Source of the DNA: an uncultured Gammaproteobacteria bacterium
GTDB lineage: Bacteria; Pseudomonadota; Gammaproteobacteria; Steroidobacterales; Rariloculaceae
Length of the DNA: 64,000 nucleotides
Reading direction: 5' to 3'
NCBI GenBank assembly: GCA_963742115.1
Contig: CAVUKQ010000014.1
Coordinates: 517,850 to 581,849 of the forward strand
In this document: positions 1 through 10,269 of the stretch, in pieces
How positions within the stretch are numbered: the stretch's first letter is position 1
Layout of the letters: each line of letters opens with the position of its first letter
Position numbers and translations under genes: made by a program
The notes under the pieces: model-generated
What the model was told of the DNA's origin: nothing
The model's input: only the letters and a program-made list of their open reading frames with translations
Databases searched by the model: none

Positions 1-31
1 CCGGAATCACCGCAATGAATCCAGCGCCCAC
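1..31 (-). CDS. kdsB: 3-deoxy-manno-octulosonate cytidylyltransferase (KdsB), first ~10 codons only; gene runs off the left edge
   Basis: GTG at 31..29 lies one nt after the lpxK TGA. It reads VGAGFIAVIP, resembling the FxxVIPAR N-terminus of KdsB, and lpxK-kdsB adjacency is common. Very little sequence is visible. Confidence 0.35.
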   Translation of the reverse strand, partial: MGAGFIAVIP

Positions 32-32
32 T

Positions 33-1046
33 TCAGCCTCCCTTGATTTCCCGCAGCACCAGACGCATGAGGCGCGCAGTCTTGTCCGCGTCGAACTGCA
101 AGTCCACGACGACGCACCAGACGTCGTCGTGTGCGAACGCCTCGCATTTTACGGCGTCTTTCTCGGTGACGAGCACGGCGCCGGGATCCTCGAAGGTGAG
201 CTGCTCGGGCCCAAATTCCGCATGGTCGTCGAGCGGATGCGGTTCGACGTCGAGCCCCGCGTCCTCGAGCAAGTCGAAAAATCGTTGCGGATTGCCGATT
301 CCCGCGACTGCGTGAACCCGCTTGCCCTTGAAGGACTCGAGCGCGCGCTGCGCGCCGTCTTTGATGCGGCGCACCTGCGTGACGACGGCGTTCGCTCGGA
401 ATACGCCCGCGTGCCCCCAATCGCCGCCGTTCACCACGATCGCGTCGACCTCGTTGATTCGCTCGATCGGCTCGCGTAACGGCCCCGCGGGCAAGCACAA
501 TCCGTTGCCCATGCCGCGCACGCCGTCGACCACGGCGATCTCGAACCGCCGCCCGAGCCGGTAGTGCTGAAGCCCGTCGTCCGATAACACCACGTCGACC
601 GGTGTCTGTGCGAGCAGCTGCTGCGCGGCGGCCACGCGGTCCGGGCCGGCGACCACCGGACAGCTCGTCCGGCGCGCGAGCAATACGGGCTCGTCGCCGA
701 CCTCGGCCGGGTCGTCTTGCGCTGCCACGGCACGCGGCCAGTCAGTTGCGCTGCCGCGGTAACCGCGCGTCACGATGCCGACGCGCAAGCCGCGCTGCGT
801 GAGCTCGCCCGCGAGCCAAATCACGAACGGCGTCTTGCCCGTACCGCCGACGCTTACGTTACCGACGACGATTACGGGCACCGGCAGGTCGACCGTCTTC
901 AACGAGCCGCGGCCATACGCAGCACGCCGCAGCTGCGCGAGCTGGCGGTACACGACCGCGACCGGCCACAACACCCAGCGGAGCGAGCTCTCGCCGTACC
1001 AGATCTCGTTGAGCCGTTGCGAAGCCGACATCTTGCTCGACGCCAC
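33..1046 (-). CDS. lpxK: tetraacyldisaccharide 4'-kinase (LpxK)
   Basis: 337-aa ORF with the P-loop VGNVSVGGTGKTP and the IVTRGYRGS motif typical of LpxK. GTG start at 1046 has GAGG 7 nt upstream; an alternative ATG is at 1031. Confidence 0.9.
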   Translation of the reverse strand: MASSKMSASQRLNEIWYGESSLRWVLWPVAVVYRQLAQLRRAAYGRGSLKTVDLPVPVIVVGNVSVGGTGKTPFVIWLAGELTQRGLRVGIVTRGYRGSATDWPRAVAAQDDPAEVGDEPVLLARRTSCPVVAGPDRVAAAQQLLAQTPVDVVLSDDGLQHYRLGRRFEIAVVDGVRGMGNGLCLPAGPLREPIERINEVDAIVVNGGDWGHAGVFRANAVVTQVRRIKDGAQRALESFKGKRVHAVAGIGNPQRFFDLLEDAGLDVEPHPLDDHAEFGPEQLTFEDPGAVLVTEKDAVKCEAFAHDDVWCVVVDLQFDADKTARLMRLVLREIKGG

Positions 1047-1055
1047 GCGAGGACC

Positions 1056-2797
1056 TCAGCTCGTGAACTGCATGCGGTGCAGCGTCGAATAGTACCCGCC
1101 GTGCGCGATGAGCTCGGCGTGGCTCCCCGTTTCGACCACCGCGCCTTCGCGCATCGCGACGATCCGATCGGCCCCCTCGATCGTGGACAGGCGATGCGCG
1201 ATCACGAGCGTCGTGCGGCCCTGCATGAGTCGCGTGAGCGCAGCCTGAATCCGCCGCTCGGACTCGGTGTCGAGCGCCGAAGTGGCCTCGTCGAGGATCA
1301 GCACGGGAGCGTCCTTGAGGAGCGCACGCGCGATCGCGATCCGTTGGCGCTGACCGCCGGAAAGCAATAGCCCGCGCTCGCCGATTCGTGTATCGAGCCC
1401 CTCGGGCAAGGCGGCCGCGAACTCGGCGACGTAGGCCGCTTCCGCGGCGCGCTCGATTGCCTCGCGGGGCGAGCGCTCCAGCGCTCCGTACGCGATGTTG
1501 TTCGCGATGGTGTCGTCGAACAGCACGATGTCCTGGCTCACGAAGCTCAGCTGACGTCGCAGATCGCGCAACGTGTACTCGCGCACGTCACGGCCGTCGA
1601 GCATCACGGCGCCGGCCTGACAGTCATAGAAGCGCGGCAGAAGGCTCACGAGCGTGGACTTGCCGCTGCCGGATTGGCCGACGAGCGCAAGCGTGGTTCC
1701 TGCGGGCACGGCGAGGCTCACGTCGCGCAACACCGGGCCCTTGCTCGTGTCGTAGCTGAACGAGACGCCGCGATACTCGACGTCGCCGCGCGCGCGCGCG
1801 ATCGTCACCGTGCCGTTGTCCGGCTCACCTGGCTCGTCGAGCGTCTGGAATAATCCGCTCGCGGCAGCGACGCCGCGCTGCACGACGACGTTGATGTTGA
1901 TGAGCCGCTTCAGCGGCGCGAGCAACATGCCCATCGCCGTAATGAATCCGATGAACCGCGGGGCATCGAGGTCCGAGAATGACCAATAGATGACAGCCGC
2001 GACTCCGAGCGCCACCGTGTACTGCGTGAGGGCGTCGCCGACCGCGTGAATGGCGACGATCCGCACGTTGAACTTGAAGTTGCGCGCATTCACTTCTTCG
2101 AATTGGCGGCGCTCGCGCTCCTGTCCTTCGAAAATCTTCACGACGCGATGACCGTGCAGCGACTGCTCGGTGATCTTCGTCACGTCGCCCATCGAGTGCT
2201 GGATGCGCGAGCTGTAGCGGCGGAACGCACGGCTCATCACACTCACGAGCAGCGCGATCACGGGCCCGACGATGCCTATCAGCAGCGTGAGCTGCGGGCT
2301 CAGGCGAATCATCATCACGAGCAACAGGAGAATCGCGAGCGTGTCCCGAATCACGATCACGACGGCGTTCGCGATCGCCTCGGCAACCTGCTCCGTGTTG
2401 TACGTGAGCTTGGAGATCAGCAGCCCCGAGGAGCCGTGGTCGTAGTAGCGCGCAGGGAAGGTCCAGGTAGTGCGCGAATATTTCGCTGCGCAGGTCGCGA
2501 ATCACCGACCGGCCCACCCACGCGAGACCGTAGACCGTCAAGAAGTCCATGAGCCCGCGAAGCGGAAACAACACCGCGATCAACACCGGAATCTGCCATG
2601 CGGTGCTCGCGTTCGCGGCCGCGTTCTGTAGGCGCTCGACCACGCCGCTCATCACGAGCGGCACGAGGGTGCCGAGCAGCCGCGTAGATCAACGCCGGAA
2701 CCACCGCGGCCGCGACGATGGGCCAGTGCGGGCGCACATAGCGGAGCAGTCGTCGGTAGGTCGCGACGACGTCGGGATTAGACAGCGGCATCGGCAT
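1056..2797 (-). CDS. msbA: lipid A export ABC transporter permease/ATPase MsbA; reading frame broken twice in this sequence
   Basis: ORF 1056..2360 carries Walker A GQSGSGKST, signature LSGGQRQR and Walker B LILDEATSALD. The N-terminal TM domain continues in two other frames (MPMPLSNPDVVATYRRLLRYVRPHWPIVAAAVVPALIYAA, then LGTLVPLVMSGVVERL...HYLDLP, then ARYYDHGSSGLLISKLTYN). Breaks are near 2678 and 2455. Span length is 3n+2, consistent with two 1-nt insertions. Confidence 0.85.
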
Positions 2798-2851
2798 ATC
2801 CTGAGCCTACTCGGGCGGCCCGGCCTGGCCGCCACTCGGGCCGCGGCGGGC

Positions 2852-3274
2852 TCAAGCTCCGGGTGGCGTCACAGTCGCGATGTTGATCTTCACGAAGCCG
2901 AGCTGCCCGGCGACGTCCATCGCCGTGATCACGGCTTGGTGAGTGGCCGCCGCATCCGCGCGAATGAACACCGGAAGGTTGCGTTTTTCGCCGATCAACC
3001 GCTCGATCGCCGCACGCAGCGTGCGCCGTTCGTTGTTCACGAGCTCGCGGCCGTTCACGAGATAGTTGCCACTCTGAGTGACCGTGATCTCGAGCGCCTC
3101 GTTCGGCGTTTCGACGGCGGTGTCCGTCGTCGCTTCGGGGAGCTGCAGGCTGATCTCGGTCTCGCGCAGGAAGCTCGTCGACACCATGAAGAACAGGACG
3201 AGCACGAGCAGGACGTCGACGAGCGAGATTACGTTGATCTCAGGCTCTTCTCTTGAGCGGCTTTGCAGCTTCAT
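2852..3274 (-). CDS. exbD: biopolymer transport protein ExbD/TolR family
   Basis: N-terminal EINVISLVDVLLVLVLFFMV TM helix plus a periplasmic domain typical of ExbD. ATG at 3274 is preceded by GGAG at a 6-nt spacing; the ORF-track start at 3286 is TTG. Confidence 0.85.
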   Translation of the reverse strand: MKLQSRSREEPEINVISLVDVLLVLVLFFMVSTSFLRETEISLQLPEATTDTAVETPNEALEITVTQSGNYLVNGRELVNNERRTLRAAIERLIGEKRNLPVFIRADAAATHQAVITAMDVAGQLGFVKINIATVTPPGA

Positions 3275-3902
3275 CGGGCACTCCAAGAACCCCGGACCGT
3301 TGGTGTTGCAGCAGCGCCTCGACGAACTGAATGGACTCCTTCTCGATCAGCACGACCAGGCTATCGACCCGGCCGCGCAGAAAGCGATACGCGATCAGCG
3401 ACGGAATCGCTACCGTGAGGCCCGCGGCGGTAGAGACGAGCGCTTCGGATATTCCGCCCGCCAGCACCGTGGGATTGCCGACGCCTGTCGCCGTGATCGC
3501 GGTGAACGCGCTGATCATGCCCGAGACAGTGCCTAGCAAGCCGAGTAGCGGCGAGATCGCGGCAATCGTGCCGAGCGGGCCGAGATAGCGCTCGAGATCG
3601 TGCACGACGTGCCGACCGCTATCCTCGATCGCTTCTTTCATCACGTCGCGCGGCGAGTGATGATGCATGAGGCCCACGGCCAGCACCTGGCCGAGAGGGG
3701 AGCTCTGCTGCACGCGTTGCAGCTGGCGTTGATCGAGTTGGTTGTGCTTCACGAGCTCCCAGATCTGGCCACTGAGATCGCTCGGCACGACGCGCTTGCG
3801 TTGCAGAGTCCAAAGGCGCTCGAGAACGATCGCGACGGCCACCACCGAGCAAATGATGAGCGGTGCCATGAGCCAGCCGCCGGCTTTCACAATTTCGAGC
3901 AT
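3240..3902 (-). CDS. exbB: MotA/TolQ/ExbB proton-channel family protein
   Basis: 220 aa with three TM segments and the conserved GLLGTVxGM and AxxTTxxGLxVAIP-like motifs (LGLLGTVSGMISAF, STAAGLTVAIPSLIAY). It sits directly upstream of exbD. Confidence 0.85.
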   Translation of the reverse strand: MLEIVKAGGWLMAPLIICSVVAVAIVLERLWTLQRKRVVPSDLSGQIWELVKHNQLDQRQLQRVQQSSPLGQVLAVGLMHHHSPRDVMKEAIEDSGRHVVHDLERYLGPLGTIAAISPLLGLLGTVSGMISAFTAITATGVGNPTVLAGGISEALVSTAAGLTVAIPSLIAYRFLRGRVDSLVVLIEKESIQFVEALLQHQRSGVLGVPDEAAKPLKRRA

Positions 3903-3934
3903 CGGGGTCGCAGACTCTCCTGAAGCTGGCCGGA

Positions 3935-3962
3935 ACTATAACGTGCTGACACTTGTTTCCAA
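3935..3962 (-). promoter_or_regulatory. candidate sigma70 promoter for exbB-exbD
   Basis: On the minus strand: TTGGAA (3962..3957), a 16-nt spacer, then TATAGT (3940..3935), about 33 nt upstream of the exbB ATG. Motif match only. Confidence 0.35.
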
Positions 3963-4094
3963 AGGGCTAACGGCCATCGGAAGCTCTGGACGAGAGCTAC
4001 CGCACATTTTTGCCGCCGAACCCGCGCCAGAGCCGCCGCCGCAGCGCCCTTCCGCCGCAGTCTGACCGAACGACGCGGGCCCGCCTCTCCGCCG

Positions 4095-6465
4095 TCACCG
4101 CACGGTACCGCCCTGCGCCTGCCAATAGCGAACGCGCCGCGAGCGCTCGGTCACGAGCGCGGCCCCGCGCTCGTCGAGCGAGACCGTGAGCGCGCCGTCG
4201 TCGCCGGTCACGACGACGCGCGCTCCAGCGCGCTCCCAGCGCGCACGGACCGCGGGCTTCGGAAACCCCCAACGATTCGCGTAGCCCGCCGAAACGAGCG
4301 CGAGCTTCGGGCGCACGGCGTCGACGAACGCTTGCGAGGACGACGTCGCGCTGCCGTGGTGCGGCACGACCACGACGTCGCTTGCGAGCGGGCCCGCGCG
4401 CAACGTCGCACTCTCGCCGCGGCCCTCGATGTCGCCCGTGATCAGCGCCGACGCGCCGCGCGTCTTCACCGCGAGCACGCACGAGCTCTCGTTGCCGCGC
4501 GGCGCGAAGTCGCCCGCGGGATGCAGGATCGCGAAATGCACGCCATCCCACTCCCAATTCTCACCGCGCTCGCAGACGCGCCCCCGAGGAAGCGAGACGT
4601 CGGGGCCCTCGAGCACATCCGCCTCGGGAAACGCGGCGAGCACCGCGACCGCACCGCCCGCGTGATCGTTGTCCGCGTGGCTCACGATAAGGCGGTCGAG
4701 CCCCGGCGGTCCGCTCGCCGCGAGCGCCGGCAGCACGATGTCGTCGCCGCTGTCGAAGCCGGAGCGGAAGCTCGGCCCTGCGTCGAACAGCAAGCGATGC
4801 GCGTGCGTGGCCACGCTCACCGCGAGCCCTTGCCCCACGTCCAACGCGACGATGCGGGCCGCGCCGGGCGCGGGTACGTCGCGCGCCGGGAAGAACATCG
4901 GCAGCACGGCGAGCCACGCGAGCCCACGAGCGGGCAGCGGCCGAGCGCACAGCGCGAGCACGACGCCGCACGCGGCGAGCGCGATCGTGACCGGCGGAGC
5001 GTGCGGCACCGCGAGCGCGGCCAACGGTGCCGCGGCGATCGAGTGCAGGATCGCGACCGTGTGCGCCGCGAGCCAGCCGACGACGAGCAGCACCGCCGGA
5101 GCGGTGGTCGCCGCGAGCGCGTCGACCTGCAGCAGCAGTGTCGCGAGCAGGGTGAGCGGCACGAGCACGAGATTGAACAACGGAATCGCGACGAGGTTCA
5201 CCAGCGGGCCGACGAGCGACACTTCGTCGAAGAAGGCCGCTGTCAGCGGCAGCAGCGCGAAGCCGATGGACCACTGCAAGCGCGAGCAGCGCGGCAGCGG
5301 GCCGCAACACTCGCCGCCAGCGCGGCTGCATCTCACACGGTACGCGGCGCGGCGCCGCGAGCGAAAGCAGGAGCGCTACGGCGCCATAGGACAGCCAGAA
5401 CGAGGCCGACAGCGGCGAGAACGGATCCCAAACGAGCACGGCGAGCAGCGTCGCGGCGAGCACTTGGGTTGCACCGACGGAGCGCCGGCTCACGAGGAGC
5501 GCGAGCGCGACGACCACCATGAGCAACGAACGCTGCGCTGGCACCGCGAGCCCGGTTAGCGCGGCGTAGTAAGCCGTGCAGAGCGCGCTCGCGACCGCGG
5601 CGATCTCGAGGTCGAAGCTCGCGACCGGTTGCGGCAGACGGATCACGAGCGCGCGCAGCGCGAGGAACACGAGCACGCCGATCAGCGCGACGTGCATGCC
5701 GGACACGGCGACGAGATGGCTCGTGCCCGTACGCCTGAAGTCCGCCCAGTGCTCTTCGGTGAAGCGGTAGCGCTCGCCGATCGCGAGCGCGGTAACGAGG
5801 GCTGCGGCATCCGGATCGCGCAACACAGCGCCGATCCGCTCCGCGATTCGAGCTCGCAAGCCGAGCCACGCGCGCGCGGGACTCTGCGCGGCGCCGGCGG
5901 CGGGCGCGCCGGAGCGGACGTAGCCCGTCGCGCCGTGATTCGTGACCATGAGCCAGCGCTCGTAGTCGAACCCGCCCGGGTTGCTCGAGCCGTGCGGCGG
6001 CCGCAACCGCGCGACGAGATCGAGTGCGTCGCCGGGCGCAAGCGGATTCTTAGGCTCGTACCACGTGAGCCGCACGCGCGGCGGAACACCTGGCGGCGGG
6101 TCGTCGACTTTGAACGAGAACGTGATCTGTCCCGGTGCAGCGGTCGGAAACGAGTCGACGAAGCCCGTGAGCGCAACGTCGCGGCCGAGCGCTGCCGGCG
6201 GTAAGCGCTGCGCGAGCCGCTCGCCGGCGCAAAACGCCGTCCACGCGAACCCGGCGAGCGCGAATACGAGCCAACGCGCATGAGCGGACCGCAACGCGAG
6301 CAGCGCACAAAGCGCGAGCGGAGCATAGGCTGCGAGCGGCGGGAGTCGCGGCAGCTCGTGGACGGCGAGCGTCCCGATCAGCCACGCGACGGCGATCCGG
6401 TTGATCGGAGCGCTCGCGGACGACGCGACCGCCCTTGCTATGCCGCGCGCGAAACGCGGCAACAC
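4095..6465 (-). CDS. comEC: DNA internalization competence protein ComEC/Rec2; one frame break
   Basis: The N-terminal ORF (4561..6465) has the competence-domain TM region (HLVAVSGMHVALIG...). The C-terminal ORF (4095..5336) has a metallo-beta-lactamase domain (VSHADNDHAGG, VVPHHGS). The frames join near 5280 (..RWRRVLRPAAALLA / LQWSIGFALLPLTAAFF..). Length is 3n+1. Confidence 0.8.
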
Positions 6466-6488
6466 CGCCCCGATCGCGCGACCTGTTG

Positions 6489-7178
6489 CTACGCGGGCTT
6501 CAATAGGCCGTCCTTGAGCTCGAGCACGCGGTCCATGCGTTGCGCCAAGGTCGGGTCGTGAGTGACGACCACGAGGCTCGTGCCGAGCGCTGCGTTGAGC
6601 TCGAGCAGCAGCTCGAACACTCGCAAGCCCGTCGGCCTGTCCAGGTTTCCCGTTGGCTCATCGGCGAGCACGGCTGCGGGCCGCGTAACGAGCGCGCGCG
6701 CGACGGCCGTGCGCTGGCGCTCGCCGCCGGAGAGCTCGCCTGGGCGATGCTCGAGCCGCTCGCCGAGCCCCACGCGCTCGAGCAAACCGCGGGCCGCGTC
6801 GGCCGCTTCCTTCGGGGCGGTGCCGCGCACGAGCAGCGGCATTGCGACGTTCTCGAGCGCCGTGAACTCGGGAAGCAGATGATGAAACTGGTAAACGAAC
6901 CCGAGCGCGCGATTGCGCAGCCGTCCGCGGTCGACGTCGCTGGCGCGGGTCATCGATTCGCCCGCGACGCGGACCTCGCCCGCGGTCGGCTCGTCGAGAC
7001 CGCCCAACAGCTGCAACAGTGTCGTCTTCCCCGAGCCCGACGCCCCGACGATCGCGAGCCGATCCCCCTTCGCGACGCCGAGCTCGACGCCGCGCAGCAC
7101 CTCGATCTTGCGACCCACGTCCGCGTAGGTCTTCACGAGCCCCACGGCCTCGAGCACGACGGGCTGCGGCTCACTCAT
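6489..7178 (-). CDS. lolD: lipoprotein-releasing system ATP-binding protein LolD
   Basis: 229 aa with Walker [10 protein letters not shown], signature LSGGERQR and Walker [12 protein letters not shown]. It overlaps the upstream LolC/E permease gene by 8 nt. Confidence 0.9.
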   Translation of the reverse strand: MSEPQPVVLEAVGLVKTYADVGRKIEVLRGVELGVAKGDRLAIVGASGSGKTTLLQLLGGLDEPTAGEVRVAGESMTRASDVDRGRLRNRALGFVYQFHHLLPEFTALENVAMPLLVRGTAPKEAADAARGLLERVGLGERLEHRPGELSGGERQRTAVARALVTRPAAVLADEPTGNLDRPTGLRVFELLLELNAALGTSLVVVTHDPTLAQRMDRVLELKDGLLKPA

Positions 7179-8430
7179 AGCGAAGTGCCTCGGCCGGCGG
7201 CTGGCGCGCGGCGCTGAATGCGGGATAGAACGTCGCGAGAACCGCGAGCAAGAGCGCGAGCCCCGAGATTTCGGCGACCTCGAGCGGCCGCAGCTGAGTC
7301 GGCAGCTCGCTCAAGAAGTAGACGTCCGCCGACAAGAGATCGATGCCGAACGAGCGCTCGAGCAACGCGACGAAGTTGTCGAGCTGCCACGTTACGAGCA
7401 GCGACAATGCGATTCCGATCAGCGTGCCGATGAGGCCGATGAACGTGCCTTGGATTCCGAAGATCGCCATGATGCTGCGCGGCGTCGTGCCGAAGCTCCG
7501 CAGAATCGCAATGTCGCCGCGCTTGTCGCGCACCACCATCATCAGCGTCGACACGATGTTGAACGCCGCCACCGCGATCACGAGCGACAGGATCACGAAC
7601 ATGATCGACTTCTGCAGCTGGATCGAGCGGAAGTAGGTGTAGTGCTGGCGCGTCCAGTCGTCGATATAGAAGTTCTTGCCGAGCTCGTTCGCGAACGTCT
7701 TCGCCGTACGCTCGGCGACCGAGCGCGCGTCGTAGAGGCCCGCGACGTCGAGCCGGAGACCGGTTGCGCGCCCGCCCGTCCGGAACAGCTTGCCGGCATC
7801 GGCGAAGCTCACGAATACGAGGCCGCGGTCGTACTCGAACATGCCGGCCTCGAACACGCCAGCCACCTTGAACGCGCGCACGCGTGGCATCAACCCCGCA
7901 GGCGTCACGCGCCCATCCGCGAGAACGAGCACGACCTCGTCGCCGACGTCCACGCCGAGCGTAGTGGCAAGGCTCACGCCGATCACGACGTTGTAGCTGT
8001 CCGGCGTCAGCGCGCCGATGTCGCCCCGCTTCGTGATCGCACCGATGTTCGACACTTGGCGCTCGAGCTCGGGATCCACTCCGCGTACCGTTACGCCCGC
8101 GAGCGCCTCGCCCGCAACCGCGAGCGCCTGGCCCTCGACGTACGGGGCGGCCGCGACGATCTCCCGGTCCTCGAGCGCGCGCGCACGCATCGACTGCCAA
8201 TCGTCGAGAGGACCGTCGAAGCCGCTGATCGTCGCGTCGGAGACCATGCCTAGTATTCGCTGCTGGAGCTCGTGCTCGAAACCGTTCATCACTGACAGCA
8301 CGATGATTAATACCGCGACGGCAAGGCCGATGCCGATCATCGAAACCGCCGAGATGAACGAGATAAAGCTGTGGCTGCTGCGCGCGCGCAGATAGCGCAC
8401 CGCGATCGACAGCTCGTACGGCTGCTTCAT
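7171..8430 (-). CDS. lipoprotein-releasing system transmembrane protein, LolC/LolE family
   Basis: 419 aa with MacB-like/FtsX topology: an N-terminal TM helix, a large periplasmic loop and a C-terminal FtsX domain (..[18 protein letters not shown]..). Confidence 0.85.
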   Translation of the reverse strand: MKQPYELSIAVRYLRARSSHSFISFISAVSMIGIGLAVAVLIIVLSVMNGFEHELQQRILGMVSDATISGFDGPLDDWQSMRARALEDREIVAAAPYVEGQALAVAGEALAGVTVRGVDPELERQVSNIGAITKRGDIGALTPDSYNVVIGVSLATTLGVDVGDEVVLVLADGRVTPAGLMPRVRAFKVAGVFEAGMFEYDRGLVFVSFADAGKLFRTGGRATGLRLDVAGLYDARSVAERTAKTFANELGKNFYIDDWTRQHYTYFRSIQLQKSIMFVILSLVIAVAAFNIVSTLMMVVRDKRGDIAILRSFGTTPRSIMAIFGIQGTFIGLIGTLIGIALSLLVTWQLDNFVALLERSFGIDLLSADVYFLSELPTQLRPLEVAEISGLALLLAVLATFYPAFSAARQPPAEALRYE

Positions 8431-8442
8431 GAGTGCGGCGAC

Positions 8443-9681
8443 TCAGTCATAGCGAAGCGCGTTGGCGGGCGCGACGCCCGCGGCGCGCCGGGCCGGGTAA
8501 AGCGTCGCGAGCACCGCGACGAAGAACGCCACGAGGGGAATCGACACGACGTCGAACCAGTGCACCTCGGACGGGATCTCGGTGACGTAGTAGACGTCGC
8601 CCGGCATGATCTTGAAGTGGAACGTGCTCTCGAGCCAGGGCACGATCACGCCGAGGTTGTAGGCGCACGCGAGACCGAGTGCGATGCCCGCCGCCGTGCC
8701 GAAAAAACCGATCATCGCGCCCTGCACGAGGAAGATCCGCGCGACGCGCTTCGGCTCGAGGCCGTAGGTGCGCAGGATCGCGATGTCCTTCTGCTTGTCG
8801 ATCACCACCATCATCAGCGAGGCCACGATGTTGAACGCGGCGACCGCGACGATGAACATCAGGATGATCCGCATCATCATCTTCTCGATGTGGATCGCGT
8901 TGAACAGGTTGCGGTGATCCTCGGCCCAATCGGAGTACCGCATACCCGCGTCGAGCGCGTGCGCTTGGCTCGCACGAAATTGCTCGATCGCGAGCGGATC
9001 GTCGAGCCGCACTGCGACGCCCTCGGCCGCGCCGTGCAGCCCCTTCAGCTCGCTTGCGTCCTCGAGGTTGACGAATGCGATGTTCGCGTCGTTGTCCTGA
9101 ATGCCGGCCTCGAACACGCCCGCGACCGTGAACGCGGCCAGGCGCGGAGTCATCCGGCCGGCCGTGATGCGCGGCACGAGCAGCGTGACCGAGTCGCCGG
9201 GGCTCAAGCCGAGATGCAGCGCTAGCACGCGGCCGAGGATGATCTTGTGAGCGCCGGGCACGAGCTCCGCGACGCTGCCGGTCACGAGGTAGCGCTCGAT
9301 GTCCGACACCTCTTTCTCTTCCTCCGGCGAGATGCCGCGCACGAGCGCCGGCCGCAGGTTCGCGCCTGCAGCGAGCATGCCCTCGATCGTGACGAACGGA
9401 GCGACGCCCGCGACGCCGGGCACGCCGGCCAGGCGCGCCTGCCACGTGCGCCAATCCTCGAGCCCGGCCCGCGACGCGATCGTCGCGTGAGCGCTCACGC
9501 TCAAGAGGCGCGTGCGCGTCTCCGTCTCGAGGCCATTCATCACCGACAGAATGATGATGAGCGCCGCAACGCCGAGCGCGATGCCGACGAGCGACGCGAC
9601 GCTCATGAACGAGACCACTCCGCGCCGACGGCGCGAGCGCAGATAGCGCAGGCCAATGAACCATTCGACGGGTTGAAACAT
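8443..9681 (-). CDS. lipoprotein-releasing system transmembrane protein, LolC/LolE family
   Basis: 412 aa and paralogous to the preceding permease (..MMVVIDKQKDIAILRTYG..). It is first in the permease-permease-ATPase operon. Confidence 0.85.
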   Translation of the reverse strand: MFQPVEWFIGLRYLRSRRRRGVVSFMSVASLVGIALGVAALIIILSVMNGLETETRTRLLSVSAHATIASRAGLEDWRTWQARLAGVPGVAGVAPFVTIEGMLAAGANLRPALVRGISPEEEKEVSDIERYLVTGSVAELVPGAHKIILGRVLALHLGLSPGDSVTLLVPRITAGRMTPRLAAFTVAGVFEAGIQDNDANIAFVNLEDASELKGLHGAAEGVAVRLDDPLAIEQFRASQAHALDAGMRYSDWAEDHRNLFNAIHIEKMMMRIILMFIVAVAAFNIVASLMMVVIDKQKDIAILRTYGLEPKRVARIFLVQGAMIGFFGTAAGIALGLACAYNLGVIVPWLESTFHFKIMPGDVYYVTEIPSEVHWFDVVSIPLVAFFVAVLATLYPARRAAGVAPANALRYD

Positions 9682-9798
9682 CGAGCCGCATTAAACCATA
9701 ACGAGTGTGAGCGGCGGTCGCCGGATGGCGACAGCCCCGCATCCCGAGCGAACAAGCACCGAACTGTGACGCAGTTCGCCAATGCTCGGCTGCTCGAT

Positions 9799-9826
9799 TT
9801 GAACGCCTTTGACCCGGTGCTATAGT
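9799..9826 (+). promoter_or_regulatory. candidate sigma70 promoter for the 100-aa exported protein gene
   Basis: TTGAAC (9799..9804), a 16-nt spacer, then TATAGT (9821..9826). A strong SD AAGGAGG follows at 9841..9847, with the ATG at 9855. Confidence 0.4.
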
Positions 9827-9854
9827 CGAGCGCGTTTCCGAAGGAGGCCGAATC

Positions 9855-10157
9855 ATGGTGAAGAACGTCGCGAAGGCCCTGTTCGCCAAGGCACTGTTGG
9901 TGTTCGCGCTGACGATCGGCTCCGCGGCCGCGCGAGCGGACACTCTGTTGATCGACGGCATCGCAGTGGATCAGCAGTCGGCGACCAGCCGTCCGAAGTC
10001 CGGCATGTCGATGGCGAATGTCGAAGCCGCCTACGGCACGCCCACGGAGAAACACGGTGCGGTCGGCGAACCGCCGATCACGCGCTGGGACTACCCCGGC
10101 TTCTCCGTCTACTTCGAGCACGAAACCGTCATTCATTCCGTCGCTCGGCACCAATAA
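9855..10157 (+). CDS. small exported protein of unknown function
   Basis: 100 aa with a clear signal peptide (..ALLVFALTIGSAAARA/DT), a strong SD and high GC3. I recognise no family. Confidence 0.6.
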   Translation: MVKNVAKALFAKALLVFALTIGSAAARADTLLIDGIAVDQQSATSRPKSGMSMANVEAAYGTPTEKHGAVGEPPITRWDYPGFSVYFEHETVIHSVARHQ

Positions 10158-10269
10158 GCCGCGGTCGCGCGGCTCGCGCCGTCGCGGCGGAGCCTCGCTT
10201 CTCGGCTACTGATGATCCGCGCGCGCCCGCGTGCTATTTTCCCCCCTCGCTACCGTTAGGGGGATCTCA

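Noticed and set aside
3240-3286. The 35-47 nt overlap between exbB and exbD, considered as another hidden frameshift.
   Set aside because: exbD has its own ATG (3274) with a well-spaced GGAG, and the ExbB length is normal. No conserved sequence switches frame here, so I treat it as a genuine overlap.
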